Assembly (NCBI GenBank): GCA_963706575.1
Contig: CAVPNL010000002.1
Span: forward strand, 96,001 to 160,000
Reading direction: 5' to 3'
DNA: 64,000 nt
From: an uncultured delta proteobacterium
Lineage (GTDB): Bacteria > Desulfobacterota > Desulfobacteria > Desulfobacterales > JAHEIW01
A model generated the notes under the pieces. The model searched no databases. It was not told the DNA's origin and was given only the letters and a program-made list of their open reading frames with translations. Below are positions 1-8,732 of the stretch, one piece after another (the stretch's first letter is position 1; each line of letters starts with the position of its first letter). Both the position numbers and the translations under genes were made by a program.

Positions 1-85
1 GACGCCCTATTTTTAAAGAACATCCCAGGGGCAGATGATAATCCGCTAAGACATTGTCTTTAAATTTAACAGTAATCTTTGGCAT
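1..85 (-). CDS. FHA domain protein, N-terminal part (runs off window start)
   Basis: Manual translation from ATG 85: MPKITVKFKDNVLADYHLPLGCSLKIGR, ending in the FHA 'IGR' motif; 18 bp downstream of the PP2C gene; absent from ORF track. Confidence 0.7.
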   Translation of the reverse strand, partial: MPKITVKFKDNVLADYHLPLGCSLKIGR

Positions 86-103
86 TTTAATATCCAGGCG
101 AAT

Positions 104-946
104 TTAATTTTTCTGACTCGAATTCGGGTAGAATAATTTTTGTAAGGTTTGTTTCAACCTTTCCATAAAACCCTGGTTACGGTTTCTGGCGGACTTGATT
201 CTGAGAACAATTGCAGTTATGTTGTCTTCTCCACCTCGGGCATTGGCCAGATCAACAAGCTCCTGGCAGGCTTTGTCAGAGCGTTGATTATAAACCAGTT
301 CAAGAATTTCTTCAGGAGATGCTTTATCGGTTAATCCGTCGGAGCTGATAACGATAATATCTTCCTTGTAAAAGGGAATTTCGTTAATATCGGCTTTCAC
401 GGATTTATCAACACCCATAGCACGAGTCAGCACATGTTTAAAATCACTCCAGAGCAGTTCTGCATTTTCCGGGTCCAGCGCGGCTTGCTCGGCAACCAGG
501 GTGTGGGGTACGGACAGCAGATCGATTTCACCGTCTCGAATCAGGTAAACCAGGCTGTCCCCCACATTGGCAACGATAAAGGTTTTCTCCGTAAAATAGA
601 CAGCTGAAACCGTGGAACCCATGCCTTTGTAATCTTCATTGTCCAATGCGGATTGATGAACCACACGGTTGGAGAGATGAATACTGGCGAGCAATCTCTG
701 GGCTTCTTTAGAGAGCTTTTCACCGGTGTCACCCAGGATTTGCGGCTGGTAATCATTTTTATCTTGACCAATGTAATCGCGGATGGTTTCAACAACCAGC
801 TTGCTGGCTACTTCACCGGCGTTATGGCCGCCCATGCCGTCTGCAACTACATAGAGACCCAGGCCGTCATCGTAGAACAATGAATCTTCATTCTGTTCTC
901 TTCTTCTGCCGACGTCAGTAATACCCGAAGATTCGATATCAATCAT
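104..946 (-). CDS. PP2C-family Ser/Thr phosphatase (Stp1/PrpC-like)
   Basis: Motifs RxxNED, VADGMGG, ANVGDS, SDGL, GGEDNIT; start ATG 946 or TTG 952. Confidence 0.95.
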   Translation of the reverse strand: MIDIESSGITDVGRRREQNEDSLFYDDGLGLYVVADGMGGHNAGEVASKLVVETIRDYIGQDKNDYQPQILGDTGEKLSKEAQRLLASIHLSNRVVHQSALDNEDYKGMGSTVSAVYFTEKTFIVANVGDSLVYLIRDGEIDLLSVPHTLVAEQAALDPENAELLWSDFKHVLTRAMGVDKSVKADINEIPFYKEDIIVISSDGLTDKASPEEILELVYNQRSDKACQELVDLANARGGEDNITAIVLRIKSARNRNQGFMERLKQTLQKLFYPNSSQKN

Positions 947-1151
947 ATTCAAATTTTACAGAATTTAGTTGACTTTTTTTTATTGAAAAGAGTTTTAATG
1001 TTTAAAGCCTGTTTTTATTGACCTCAATCTTACTAACTGGTTATTATCATTATTTATATTACAAAAATCACCTCCGGTCAAGTATTTCAGAATTTATGTT
1101 TAATAATCAAAGGGTTGGCTCGAAAGCAAAAATTCACAAATGGAGAATGCA

Positions 1152-2393
1152 ATGATGAAAATCAGCATCTTGAAAAATACGATTCAAGAATATGCCTGGG
1201 GGTCCACTCGAGCCATACCGGATCTTCTGGGCCGCAAAAATCCAGAGCGCAAAACCCAGGCAGAACTCTGGATGGGTGCCCATCCCAAAGCACCGTCATT
1301 GGTACGACACAACGGCTTGTGGGTATCTGTTGCGGAATTAATCGCGAAAAACCCCGTTGATGTCCTTGGTAAAAAGGTGGCTCAGAATTTCGACGATCGC
1401 CTGCCGTACCTGTTCAAAGTGCTGGCGGCTGCCAAACCGCTTTCTATACAGGCGCACCCCGACTTGAACCAGGCCCGCGAGGGTTTTCAACGGGAAAATG
1501 CTCAGAAAATCCCGCTGGACGCCCCCCATCGCAACTATCGAGACGACAACCACAAACCCGAATGCATCTGTGCATTAACCCGCTTTTGGGCATTAAGCCG
1601 TTTCAGAAAAATTTCGGAAATCCTCCCTTATCTCGAAAAACTAAATCTACGGCAGTTGGAAGTTGAACTGACCGACTTCAAAAAACAACCCACTTCAATT
1701 GGATTAAAACGGTTTTACACATCATTAATGACACAGGATATGGATCGTCAAAAAAGAATTGTTGCCGATGCATTGGAACGAGCCCGGGGGTTTGAATCTG
1801 AAGATCCGGTGTTTAAATGGATGCTAAACCTGGCTGAAGATTACCCAGATGACATCGGCGTGCTTTCCCCCGTCCTGTTAAATCTCATCTGTCTTGAACC
1901 GGGTCAGGCCATGCTTTTAGATGCCGGGGAACTTCATGCCTATCTGGAAGGTTTGGGCATTGAGTTGATGGCGAACTCAGACAATGTCCTGCGCGGCGGT
2001 TTGACACCTAAGCATGTGGATATTTCAGAACTGCTGCGGGTTTTGAAATTTGAAGATCGAGATGTCACCCTTTTGAAACCCGTAAAGTCGACTGCGAATG
2101 AGCGAATTTATCCCAGTGCGGCAGCAGAATTTGTGCTATCGGTCATCACGCTGAACAGGGGAGCAACATACCAGAGTCCGAAAAACAGAAGCGTTGAGAT
2201 TTTAATATGCACCCGGGGAAAAGTGACCATTTTCGACCTCAGTGACCTAACTGGGACTCAATTACCACGGGGAGCTTCGGCCATTGTGCCTGCGTGCGTA
2301 GAAAGATACACCATAAAAGGGCAGGGGACCTGTTATAAGGCGGCGGTACCCCTTTCCGTTGAGCGTTCGCGCTCAACGGAAGTGAATCGTTAA
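1152..2393 (+). CDS. manA: mannose-6-phosphate isomerase, class I
   Basis: YAWGS, AELWMGAHP, LSIQAHP, NHKPE, HAY, MANSDNVLRGGLT; GGAG RBS before ATG 1152. Confidence 0.95.
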   Translation: MMKISILKNTIQEYAWGSTRAIPDLLGRKNPERKTQAELWMGAHPKAPSLVRHNGLWVSVAELIAKNPVDVLGKKVAQNFDDRLPYLFKVLAAAKPLSIQAHPDLNQAREGFQRENAQKIPLDAPHRNYRDDNHKPECICALTRFWALSRFRKISEILPYLEKLNLRQLEVELTDFKKQPTSIGLKRFYTSLMTQDMDRQKRIVADALERARGFESEDPVFKWMLNLAEDYPDDIGVLSPVLLNLICLEPGQAMLLDAGELHAYLEGLGIELMANSDNVLRGGLTPKHVDISELLRVLKFEDRDVTLLKPVKSTANERIYPSAAAEFVLSVITLNRGATYQSPKNRSVEILICTRGKVTIFDLSDLTGTQLPRGASAIVPACVERYTIKGQGTCYKAAVPLSVERSRSTEVNR

Positions 2394-2537
2394 TCGTTAA
2401 TCGTTATTTGGAAGAAAATGCGATTTGAGAAGATGCTTTTGTAAAAGAGCCAAACGATTCCGCGGATCAATGTGTCAAAACCAATAACCAATAACTCAAT
2501 AATAAATAACAACCAATTGGGTTTTACCCAATTGGTT
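2354..2537. repeat. composite repeat: perfect hairpin, (AATCGTT)x3 ... (CCAATAA)n arms, second perfect hairpin
   Basis: TTCCGTTGAGCG-TTCG-CGCTCAACGGAA 2354-2381; AATCGTT x3 2385-2405; CCAATAA units from 2481; AACCAATTGGGT-TTT-ACCCAATTGGTT 2511-2537. Confidence 0.8.
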
Positions 2538-2698
2538 AGTACTTTTTCCTTAGAAAATACGATGACCGTCTTTTATGTCCTAATACTTTTACGTTCTTGA
2601 TAAGGATAAAGTATTAAAAAAAATACGACACTTGCCGTATTGTGACCGCTGTTCTTTTTTTATAAGATAAACTCTACTTTTAAAAAAGGAGATTGCAT

Positions 2699-2980
2699 AT
2701 GGCACCCTATAAAAAATTAATCGCAGTCTTTGCTACTCTATTGGTCCTTTTCGCCTTCATTGGCCCTGTTTGGGGCCAGGAAGCCGAAAGAGTCAATATT
2801 AATAAAGCATCGGCCCAGGAATTGGCTAAATTACAAAAGGTCGGGCCCAAATATGCCGTGAAAATCGTTGAACACCGCCAGAAATACGGTCCCTTCAAAC
2901 TTACTGAAGAACTCATGGAAGTTCCGGGAATCGGTCCTGGTACCTATAACAGAATCAAGGATCAAATAATCGCTCAATAA
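2699..2980 (+). CDS. comEA: ComEA-family helix-hairpin-helix DNA-binding protein
   Basis: Signal peptide; VNINKAS..EL..L..VG and VPGIG HhH motifs; AGGAG RBS. Confidence 0.9.
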   Translation: MAPYKKLIAVFATLLVLFAFIGPVWGQEAERVNINKASAQELAKLQKVGPKYAVKIVEHRQKYGPFKLTEELMEVPGIGPGTYNRIKDQIIAQ

Positions 2981-3010
2981 GCGCCATACTCCATCATGTA
3001 ATAGTCTCGA

Positions 3011-3049
3011 AAATCAGCCACCCATTTCAAAGGGTGGCTGATTTGTTTT
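3011..3049 (+). terminator. rho-independent terminator
   Basis: 13-bp stem AAATCAGCCACCC/GGGTGGCTGATTT then GTTTT. Confidence 0.7.
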
Positions 3050-3083
3050 GGCGTTACTCATTTATAGCTGACGGAGGTGTCAA

Positions 3084-3365
3084 ATGCGGAATTTAAAATC
3101 CTGGGTTTCAATGATTGCCATTTTGGTTTTTGTCTTTGTCTGCCTTCTCAATCTCTGGGCTGCCGATTCGCAAAAAATCAATATCAACACCGCATCTGCA
3201 GCTGAGTTGATGAATCTGAAAGGAATCGGGGAAAAAAAAGCAAAGGCCATCATTGAGTTTCGCAAAATCAATGGTCACTTTAAGCAATCTGAAGATCTCA
3301 TTAAAGTTCCGGGAATAGGACCCAAAACATTAGAAGCCAACAAAAATCGTATCACCGTAGAATAA
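3084..3365 (+). CDS. comEA: ComEA-family protein, second tandem paralogue
   Basis: Signal peptide; ININTASAAEL..LKGIG..KA..I, VPGIG; GGAGGT RBS. Confidence 0.9.
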   Translation: MRNLKSWVSMIAILVFVFVCLLNLWAADSQKININTASAAELMNLKGIGEKKAKAIIEFRKINGHFKQSEDLIKVPGIGPKTLEANKNRITVE

Positions 3366-3469
3366 TAGAAGTTGGCGTATGGGAGTGGTGAAATGTCGGT
3401 ATCACTCTAAAGGTGTTTAAATCAAGCAGCGCCTTATCTTGAAAAATATATCGATTTTTCTTCTTCCTC

Positions 3470-3485
3470 TGGCACGCTTTTCGCA
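3470..3485 (+). promoter_or_regulatory. candidate sigma-54 promoter upstream of ihfA
   Basis: TGGCACGCTTTTCGCA: GG and GC at canonical -24/-12 spacing. Confidence 0.55.
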
Positions 3486-3604
3486 GCCATTTAACAATTA
3501 TTTGCTTAAATTTAAGATATTTCTTGACAAACCCCATCTAATTAAGTTAGCACTTGCGTGCAAAATTATTTAGGCTTTTAATACTTCGGAGGAGCAGGCG
3601 ATCT

Positions 3605-3892
3605 ATGACACTCACAAAAGCAATGATAGTTGATGCCGTCCATGAGCAACTTGGATATCCTAAGAACAAATCCGCCGAAATGCTTGAAACTTTGCTGGAA
3701 TTGATCAAAAGCAACCTGGAAAGAGGCGAGGATGTCTTGATCAGCGGATTCGGAAAGTTTTGTGTCAAGGACAAGAATAAACGTCGCGGAAGAAACCCGG
3801 CCACCGGAGACGACATGATACTGGATAGGCGCCGGGTCGTGACGTTCAGATGCTCCCATCTGTTAAGGGACAAAATCAACAATCAATTTTAG
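3605..3892 (+). CDS. ihfA: integration host factor alpha-like subunit
   Basis: MTLTKA, VLISGFGKF, RRGRNPATG, RRVVTF; GGAGGAG RBS. Confidence 0.92.
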   Translation: MTLTKAMIVDAVHEQLGYPKNKSAEMLETLLELIKSNLERGEDVLISGFGKFCVKDKNKRRGRNPATGDDMILDRRRVVTFRCSHLLRDKINNQF

Positions 3893-4022
3893 CCCTTTTA
3901 TTCCGAATTTCCAACCATACCAAAGAATTAAACAGGTTGCCGGTTCCAAAGAGCGAAGGGTTGGAGAGGGTCAACAGGCCTTATGACCGCTTCAATTGAT
4001 ACGGCTATCACATGATTAATAC

Positions 4023-4055
4023 AGCATCTCTTCTTATCGAATGAGATGCTTTTTT
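4023..4055 (+). terminator. terminator-like hairpin
   Basis: AGCATCTC/GAGATGCT stem followed by T run. Confidence 0.55.
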
Positions 4056-4069
4056 AATGGGAATCGTTC

Positions 4070-4516
4070 ATGCCGGGCATTTTGATTCGCTGGCTGACTA
4101 CAACAGCCGCTATTGTGGCCACCGCTTATTTGCTGGATGGAATCCAGGTCAGCGGTTTTTTCCCTGCTGTTTTTGCTGCTGCCGTGCTGGGGATCCTGAA
4201 CGCCTTTTTCCGACCGATCGCACTGCTGCTTACCCTTCCAATTAACATCCTCAGTCTCGGTCTGTTTACATTTATCATCAATGCACTTATGCTAAAGATG
4301 GCCTCAGGCATTATCCCGGGATTTGACGTCTATGGGTTCTGGACGGCCATTTCCGGGTCTTTTCTGATCAGCGTGATCAGCTGGCTCTTAAACTCGTTTA
4401 TCAGCGAACAGGGCACGGTGACATCCATCAATGTCAAGCATGGTCGCAATGCAGCGAGGGGAGATCAGGACGACACGATTGATTTGAAGCATAAGGGGGA
4501 TAACCGCTGGGAGTAA
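4070..4516 (+). CDS. 4-TM phage-holin-family (YvlD-like) membrane protein
   Basis: LGILNAFFRPI..LLTLPINILSLGLF..IINA signature; four hydrophobic segments. Confidence 0.85.
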   Translation: MPGILIRWLTTTAAIVATAYLLDGIQVSGFFPAVFAAAVLGILNAFFRPIALLLTLPINILSLGLFTFIINALMLKMASGIIPGFDVYGFWTAISGSFLISVISWLLNSFISEQGTVTSINVKHGRNAARGDQDDTIDLKHKGDNRWE

Positions 4517-4520
4517 GTTC

Positions 4521-4593
4521 AGCATAGCGCATAGAGCATAGCGCAAAGCGTTCGAAAGTATAAGGCTATGCGCTTAGCGCTCAGCCCTTTGCC
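4521..4593. repeat. inverted pair of 7-mer tandem arrays
   Basis: AGCATAG CGCATAG AGCATAG CGCAAAG (4521-4548) vs CTATGCG CTTAGCG CTCAGCC CTTTGCC (4566-4593). Confidence 0.85.
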
Positions 4594-4600
4594 ATTATCC

Positions 4601-4639
4601 AAAAAAAACCCTGCAGTCGAATACGGCTGCAGGGTTTTT
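4601..4639. terminator. bidirectional terminator between convergent genes
   Basis: A-run-CCCTGCAGTCG-AATA-CGGCTGCAGGG-T-run. Confidence 0.85.
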
Positions 4640-4656
4640 GTTAACGATTAGCGACG

Positions 4657-6045
4657 CTATTCTTTGAATATTTCTTTGGGTCGCTCGGTGTTTCCTGTGG
4701 CGTTGGGGAAATCTTTGGCGACGTACGCTTTTTTGCCGGTTTCAAGCAGATGGTTTGCCTCTTCCATATAGTTGGCAAAACGCAGCTTGCATTCGTAGAA
4801 GCCGTGCCACCAGGCGTAGTCAGGAGCCATCATCATAGCGCCCATGCGGGCCCGCCGGCCTTCATGGTGCCACAGTTCGTAGTACTCGACCTCCAACCGT
4901 TCATCGAAAAACTTGGTTTTGTCCAGAAGGCCCTTGTCGTAAAGCTCGTCAAGTTTGGCCTTTGCCGGTTTGAAGTAAACCTCGTTGTACTCTTCCACAG
5001 CCTTGTCGAAACCATTATAGAAATCATTGATCCAGGCGTCGCCATGGCAGGCGCTGCAGATGTTTTTCATTTTCTGGCGTTCATCTTGCCAGTTGGTTCC
5101 GGAGGGAAAAGGTTTGAAGTCCTGGGGACGAACCGTCAGAGGCGCCTGGGTCTCCCACGAGAGCCGCGAGGTCACATCGTGGCTGGTGGGTTCTTTTCCA
5201 GAGCCGGACATGTGGCAGGCAGCACAGGTGGGCGCGCGGTAATCCACGCCCGCTGTCCAGGTACCGCCAGCCGCATTGAAATTGTACTCAGACTTGTAAG
5301 CATGGTAGATGGTACCGTGCTTGGACTCCTCATAGATTTCGATCTGGGGATGATCCGGGCCCAGATGACACTGGTCGCAGGCCTCTGGCATGCGGGCTTC
5401 GGCCACGGAAAACCGATGGCGGGTGTGGCACGACGTGCAGGCCCCCTTGCTGCCGTCCAGGTTGAGCCGCCCTACACCGGCATTGGGCCAGGTGCCTGAA
5501 TCGATTACGCCGTTTTCATCAATCTTGATCACCGTACCGTGACAGTTGAGACAGCCTGTCTTGCGCTCATTGTCCGAGTTCATACCCTTGTTCAGCCAGG
5601 GATCCAGTTTCCATATGATCTCTATGGTATTGGCATGTTTGCTTTTGCTGTACTGGGTGGCCTCATCCGGGTGGCAGCGGGAGCAGTCCTTGGGAGTGAC
5701 AATCGAGGCGATGGGCATTTTGTATTTGGCTTCTCCCCAGGGCATATCCGATCGACTATAGTACTTCTCATGCTCCTGTGCGACGTCCCGGTCACCGGGC
5801 TGGACCAGGTGGCAGTCCAGGCAGGTGATATTGGCGTTGGCATGGCGGCTCTTGGCCCAGTCCGCAAAAACACCGGGAGTCGTTGCGCGGTGGCATTCAA
5901 TACATGCCTGGGCTTCCGGCGGGACACTGCGCTCGATCCGGTATTCCTTGACCTTGGCAAAATTGGGCTGCTGAGCCATGGCGGCAACTACAATCAGACC
6001 GACGGCCAGCAAACCGATGGTGAGAAACAGCAATGTTCGCCTCAT
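4657..6045 (-). CDS. octaheme cytochrome c, hydroxylamine oxidoreductase family (epsilon-Hao-like)
   Basis: Signal peptide; 8 CxxCH motifs; CHTRHRFS, CHLGPDHPQIEIYEESKHG, APDYAWWHG. Confidence 0.88.
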   Translation of the reverse strand: MRRTLLFLTIGLLAVGLIVVAAMAQQPNFAKVKEYRIERSVPPEAQACIECHRATTPGVFADWAKSRHANANITCLDCHLVQPGDRDVAQEHEKYYSRSDMPWGEAKYKMPIASIVTPKDCSRCHPDEATQYSKSKHANTIEIIWKLDPWLNKGMNSDNERKTGCLNCHGTVIKIDENGVIDSGTWPNAGVGRLNLDGSKGACTSCHTRHRFSVAEARMPEACDQCHLGPDHPQIEIYEESKHGTIYHAYKSEYNFNAAGGTWTAGVDYRAPTCAACHMSGSGKEPTSHDVTSRLSWETQAPLTVRPQDFKPFPSGTNWQDERQKMKNICSACHGDAWINDFYNGFDKAVEEYNEVYFKPAKAKLDELYDKGLLDKTKFFDERLEVEYYELWHHEGRRARMGAMMMAPDYAWWHGFYECKLRFANYMEEANHLLETGKKAYVAKDFPNATGNTERPKEIFKE

Positions 6046-6103
6046 GGGTCCTGCTCCTTTCAATTGAGTTTTTATTGTTTGAAGAACGCTACTATAGGCC
6101 GAT

Positions 6104-6706
6104 TTAAAGCTGTCTGAGTCCTTTGGCCTGGTAAGGCACCTTTCTGGTCTGGCGATACATCACCAGACCTCTTTCAGAATGCACCAGATCATAATGACAA
6201 TCGACGCATTTTTTCTCGTATCCCGGTTTTGCATATAGCACTGAACGGTGGGCCAGCATGGCACCGCGTTTATATGGCATGTGCAGCAAATTACGGTGGC
6301 ATTTCTGGCATTCGCTGTTTTCAAAGGCAGCATACGCGTTATTGCGTGCTTTTTCCTGGTCATATTCATCACCAAAGAAATGAATCGCCACGTCTTTAAT
6401 GCCGTGGTAGGTCTTGGCAAAGAAAAAGTCGAAGGTGTCCTGCGGTGCGGGCAGGTGACAGTCCATGCAATCGACAACGACACCTGAAGCGTTGTTGGTA
6501 TGCGTGGAAGAGCGCCATGCCACCACTGCAGGCTTTATTTCGTGGCATGATGCGCAAAAATCAGGAGTGGAGGTGCGAACCATGGTGAAATAGGATATGC
6601 TAAATAAGGGGAAGGCGATCAGGATGCCGAGGACAATAAAGATAGCGGGTTTGATCGCTCTTTTCCAAAAAGGCTTCTTTGCGGCGCGACTTCCCTCCTT
6701 GGCCAT
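6104..6706 (-). CDS. NapC/NirT-family tetraheme membrane cytochrome c
   Basis: N-terminal TM helix; TSTPDFCASCHE, CMDCH, CQKCH, CVDCH. Confidence 0.9.
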   Translation of the reverse strand: MAKEGSRAAKKPFWKRAIKPAIFIVLGILIAFPLFSISYFTMVRTSTPDFCASCHEIKPAVVAWRSSTHTNNASGVVVDCMDCHLPAPQDTFDFFFAKTYHGIKDVAIHFFGDEYDQEKARNNAYAAFENSECQKCHRNLLHMPYKRGAMLAHRSVLYAKPGYEKKCVDCHYDLVHSERGLVMYRQTRKVPYQAKGLRQL

Positions 6707-6994
6707 AGCACCTCCAGATCTGGGTTAGCGGGTATATTTCAAGCCACAATAGGTTAAGCTGACAGATTATTCCATGGGGTGAAGTGTGTATTTTAAATTA
6801 AAAAAGACCCTATTTCTGGTGTAGGGCTAACTGTCTGAAATAACACAAAGTGGTACTTAAAAGGACGGCAAAAAGTTACGGCAATGCCACTCTGTATGCC
6901 CGCGCTTGCAAGACACGGCAAGGCAAGAATGAATTGACCTGGCGGCAAATCGATCTCAATAATTATTTTATTGAATTTCAGCTACTTGAACATA

Positions 6995-7024
6995 TTGACA
7001 AAACTGGCAATCCGCGCCTATGAT
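6995..7024 (+). promoter_or_regulatory. candidate sigma-70 promoter
   Basis: TTGACA-18 nt-TATGAT upstream of the DUF362 gene. Confidence 0.5.
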
Positions 7025-7082
7025 GCCTGTATAAACATTTTGTTCCCGCTGACTGAGTACCCGAATCTCCAAGGATGACGCC

Positions 7083-8524
7083 GTGAATCAAAAACATAAA
7101 GTTCTGATCATGCGGTGCGATGGATATGACCCGGATCGAATTGCCGGCATTGTTAAAGAGGGTATGCAGGAATTAGGGGTGACACCTACCGGCAGAATTC
7201 TTCTAAAACCCAATGTGGTCATAGCGCACCAGGAAATTTTTCCCAATGCTTTTACACGCGCAGAATTCTTAGACGGCGTTCTATCAGCAGTTAAATCCCG
7301 GGCTGAGGCTGTTGATGAGATCGCCGTCGGTGAACGTTCAGGCATCACGGTGCCCACCCGTTTCAATTTTAAAAATGCCGGATATCCTGAAATTATAAAT
7401 AAACACGGCATCAAGGCTTATTATTTTGACGAATCCAAACACGTGCCGGTTCAGTTGAAGCACCGTCAGGCGCTTCGTGACACCCTGTATATTCCCAAAC
7501 CTATCACCCAATGCGATTTTCTCATTAATTTGCCCAAATTCAAAGCCCATCCCTGGAGCCGTCTGACCCTGAGCCTTAAAAATTTCATCGGGCTTCAGGA
7601 CGACCGCCATCGTCTGGTCGATCATAATCAATTTCTGGAGCATAAAATCGCCGACCTGCAGGAGGTGATCCAGCCAAAATTTATAGCGATTGACGGCATT
7701 GTGGCCGGTCAGAAAATGATGCTCACACCGACGCCTTTTATGCTGGGTGCCATCGTAATGGGAACCAACTCATGTGCCGTTGATACCGTCGGATGCCACA
7801 TGGTGAATGTAAACCCGCATAGATGTAATCCACCTGCGCTATGCATCACAAAGAGGCTTTGGCCCCATGGAGTTGGATCAGATCGAAGTTGGTGGAGATT
7901 ATCCACTGGCAGAAGTTCAGCAACATGCGCAAAATTTCAAATTTTGCGTTGAACGCATCGATGATTATTTCAGCGCAACCCGCAATCTGTCCTGTACGGT
8001 GGGAACATTTCCGGAAAAACATTCATCTGATTATTGTCAAGGAGGCTGCCCCGGCGCCCTGCAGGAAGCGATGCACATATTTCGCGGATTTAACCCGGAC
8101 GTCGATCAAGAGATGCAAAAAGTGCGTTATGTCGTCGGCAAAGTCGACGGGCCCTTGAATTTGGCCGAAGGCGAACGGGTTATTTTCGCGGGCGAGCTGT
8201 ACCAGCTGGGAGGGCGATATCGACGGTAAAACGGTTAAAATAGAAAGCAGTTATAAAACCACGGCAGAAGTAAGCGTGAAAAGCACAGCCTCAAACGACA
8301 TGCTTTTAAAAACGGGGACCGCCCTCGTGCATGCGCTGTGGAAAAGAAAATCGCGCTATATTCACGCCAGCGGTTGCCCGTTATCGGTTGCCGGGCACGT
8401 GAATTATCTGTCTGCCTTGGCAAAAATCAAAAATCCCCATTTCGATCCGCGAGTGTTGATCCCCATCAACATTGCCTACTGGCAAATGCGGTTTTTCAGA
8501 TTTTTAAATCGATTTTTTACTTAG
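7083..8524 (+). pseudogene. DUF362-domain (Fe-S) protein with two +1 frameshifts (pseudogene or sequence error)
   Basis: LLKPN, INLPKFKAH, TLSLKNFIG, AIDGI; three ORFs in successive frames join if one base is removed near 7818 and 8194. Confidence 0.75.
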
Positions 8525-8686
8525 AGGTGGTTTCAAAACCTCAGATCAGGTTCAAGGGCAAGGCGCAGGCCGATCGAGAAAGTCGTTGTTCTCAGCATAC
8601 ATGATGGGCTAGTATGTGCGCATTTATCGGAGGCCTGGAACGCAGCTATTGAGCCTTCGTCCGCCGGAGGCGGATTGAAACCGCTT
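8525..8686. mobile_element. MITE-like element, copy 1
   Basis: TIR AGGTGGTTTCAA...TTGAAACCGCTT; flanked by TTAG direct repeat; aligns with 62924-63064. Confidence 0.8.
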
Positions 8687-8732
8687 TTAGGCCTTAACCA
8701 ACTAACAGAGGACTTCAAATAGAATTGACCCT

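Noticed and set aside
1..946. PP2C + FHA as a type VI secretion locus
   Set aside because: No tss, hcp or vgrG genes in the window; context beyond position 1 is not visible.
4070..4516. Holin-like gene as prophage evidence
   Set aside because: Family is common on chromosomes; no endolysin, integrase or structural genes nearby.
4750..6117. Long + strand ORFs (249 and 192 aa)
   Set aside because: Antisense shadows of the octaheme gene with no motifs; same for other nested ORFs such as 14259-14777, 25007-25585 and 61564-62106.
6933..6947. TTGACCTGGCGGCAA as an FNR/Crp box
   Set aside because: Spacing and second half-site do not fit TTGAT-N4-ATCAA.
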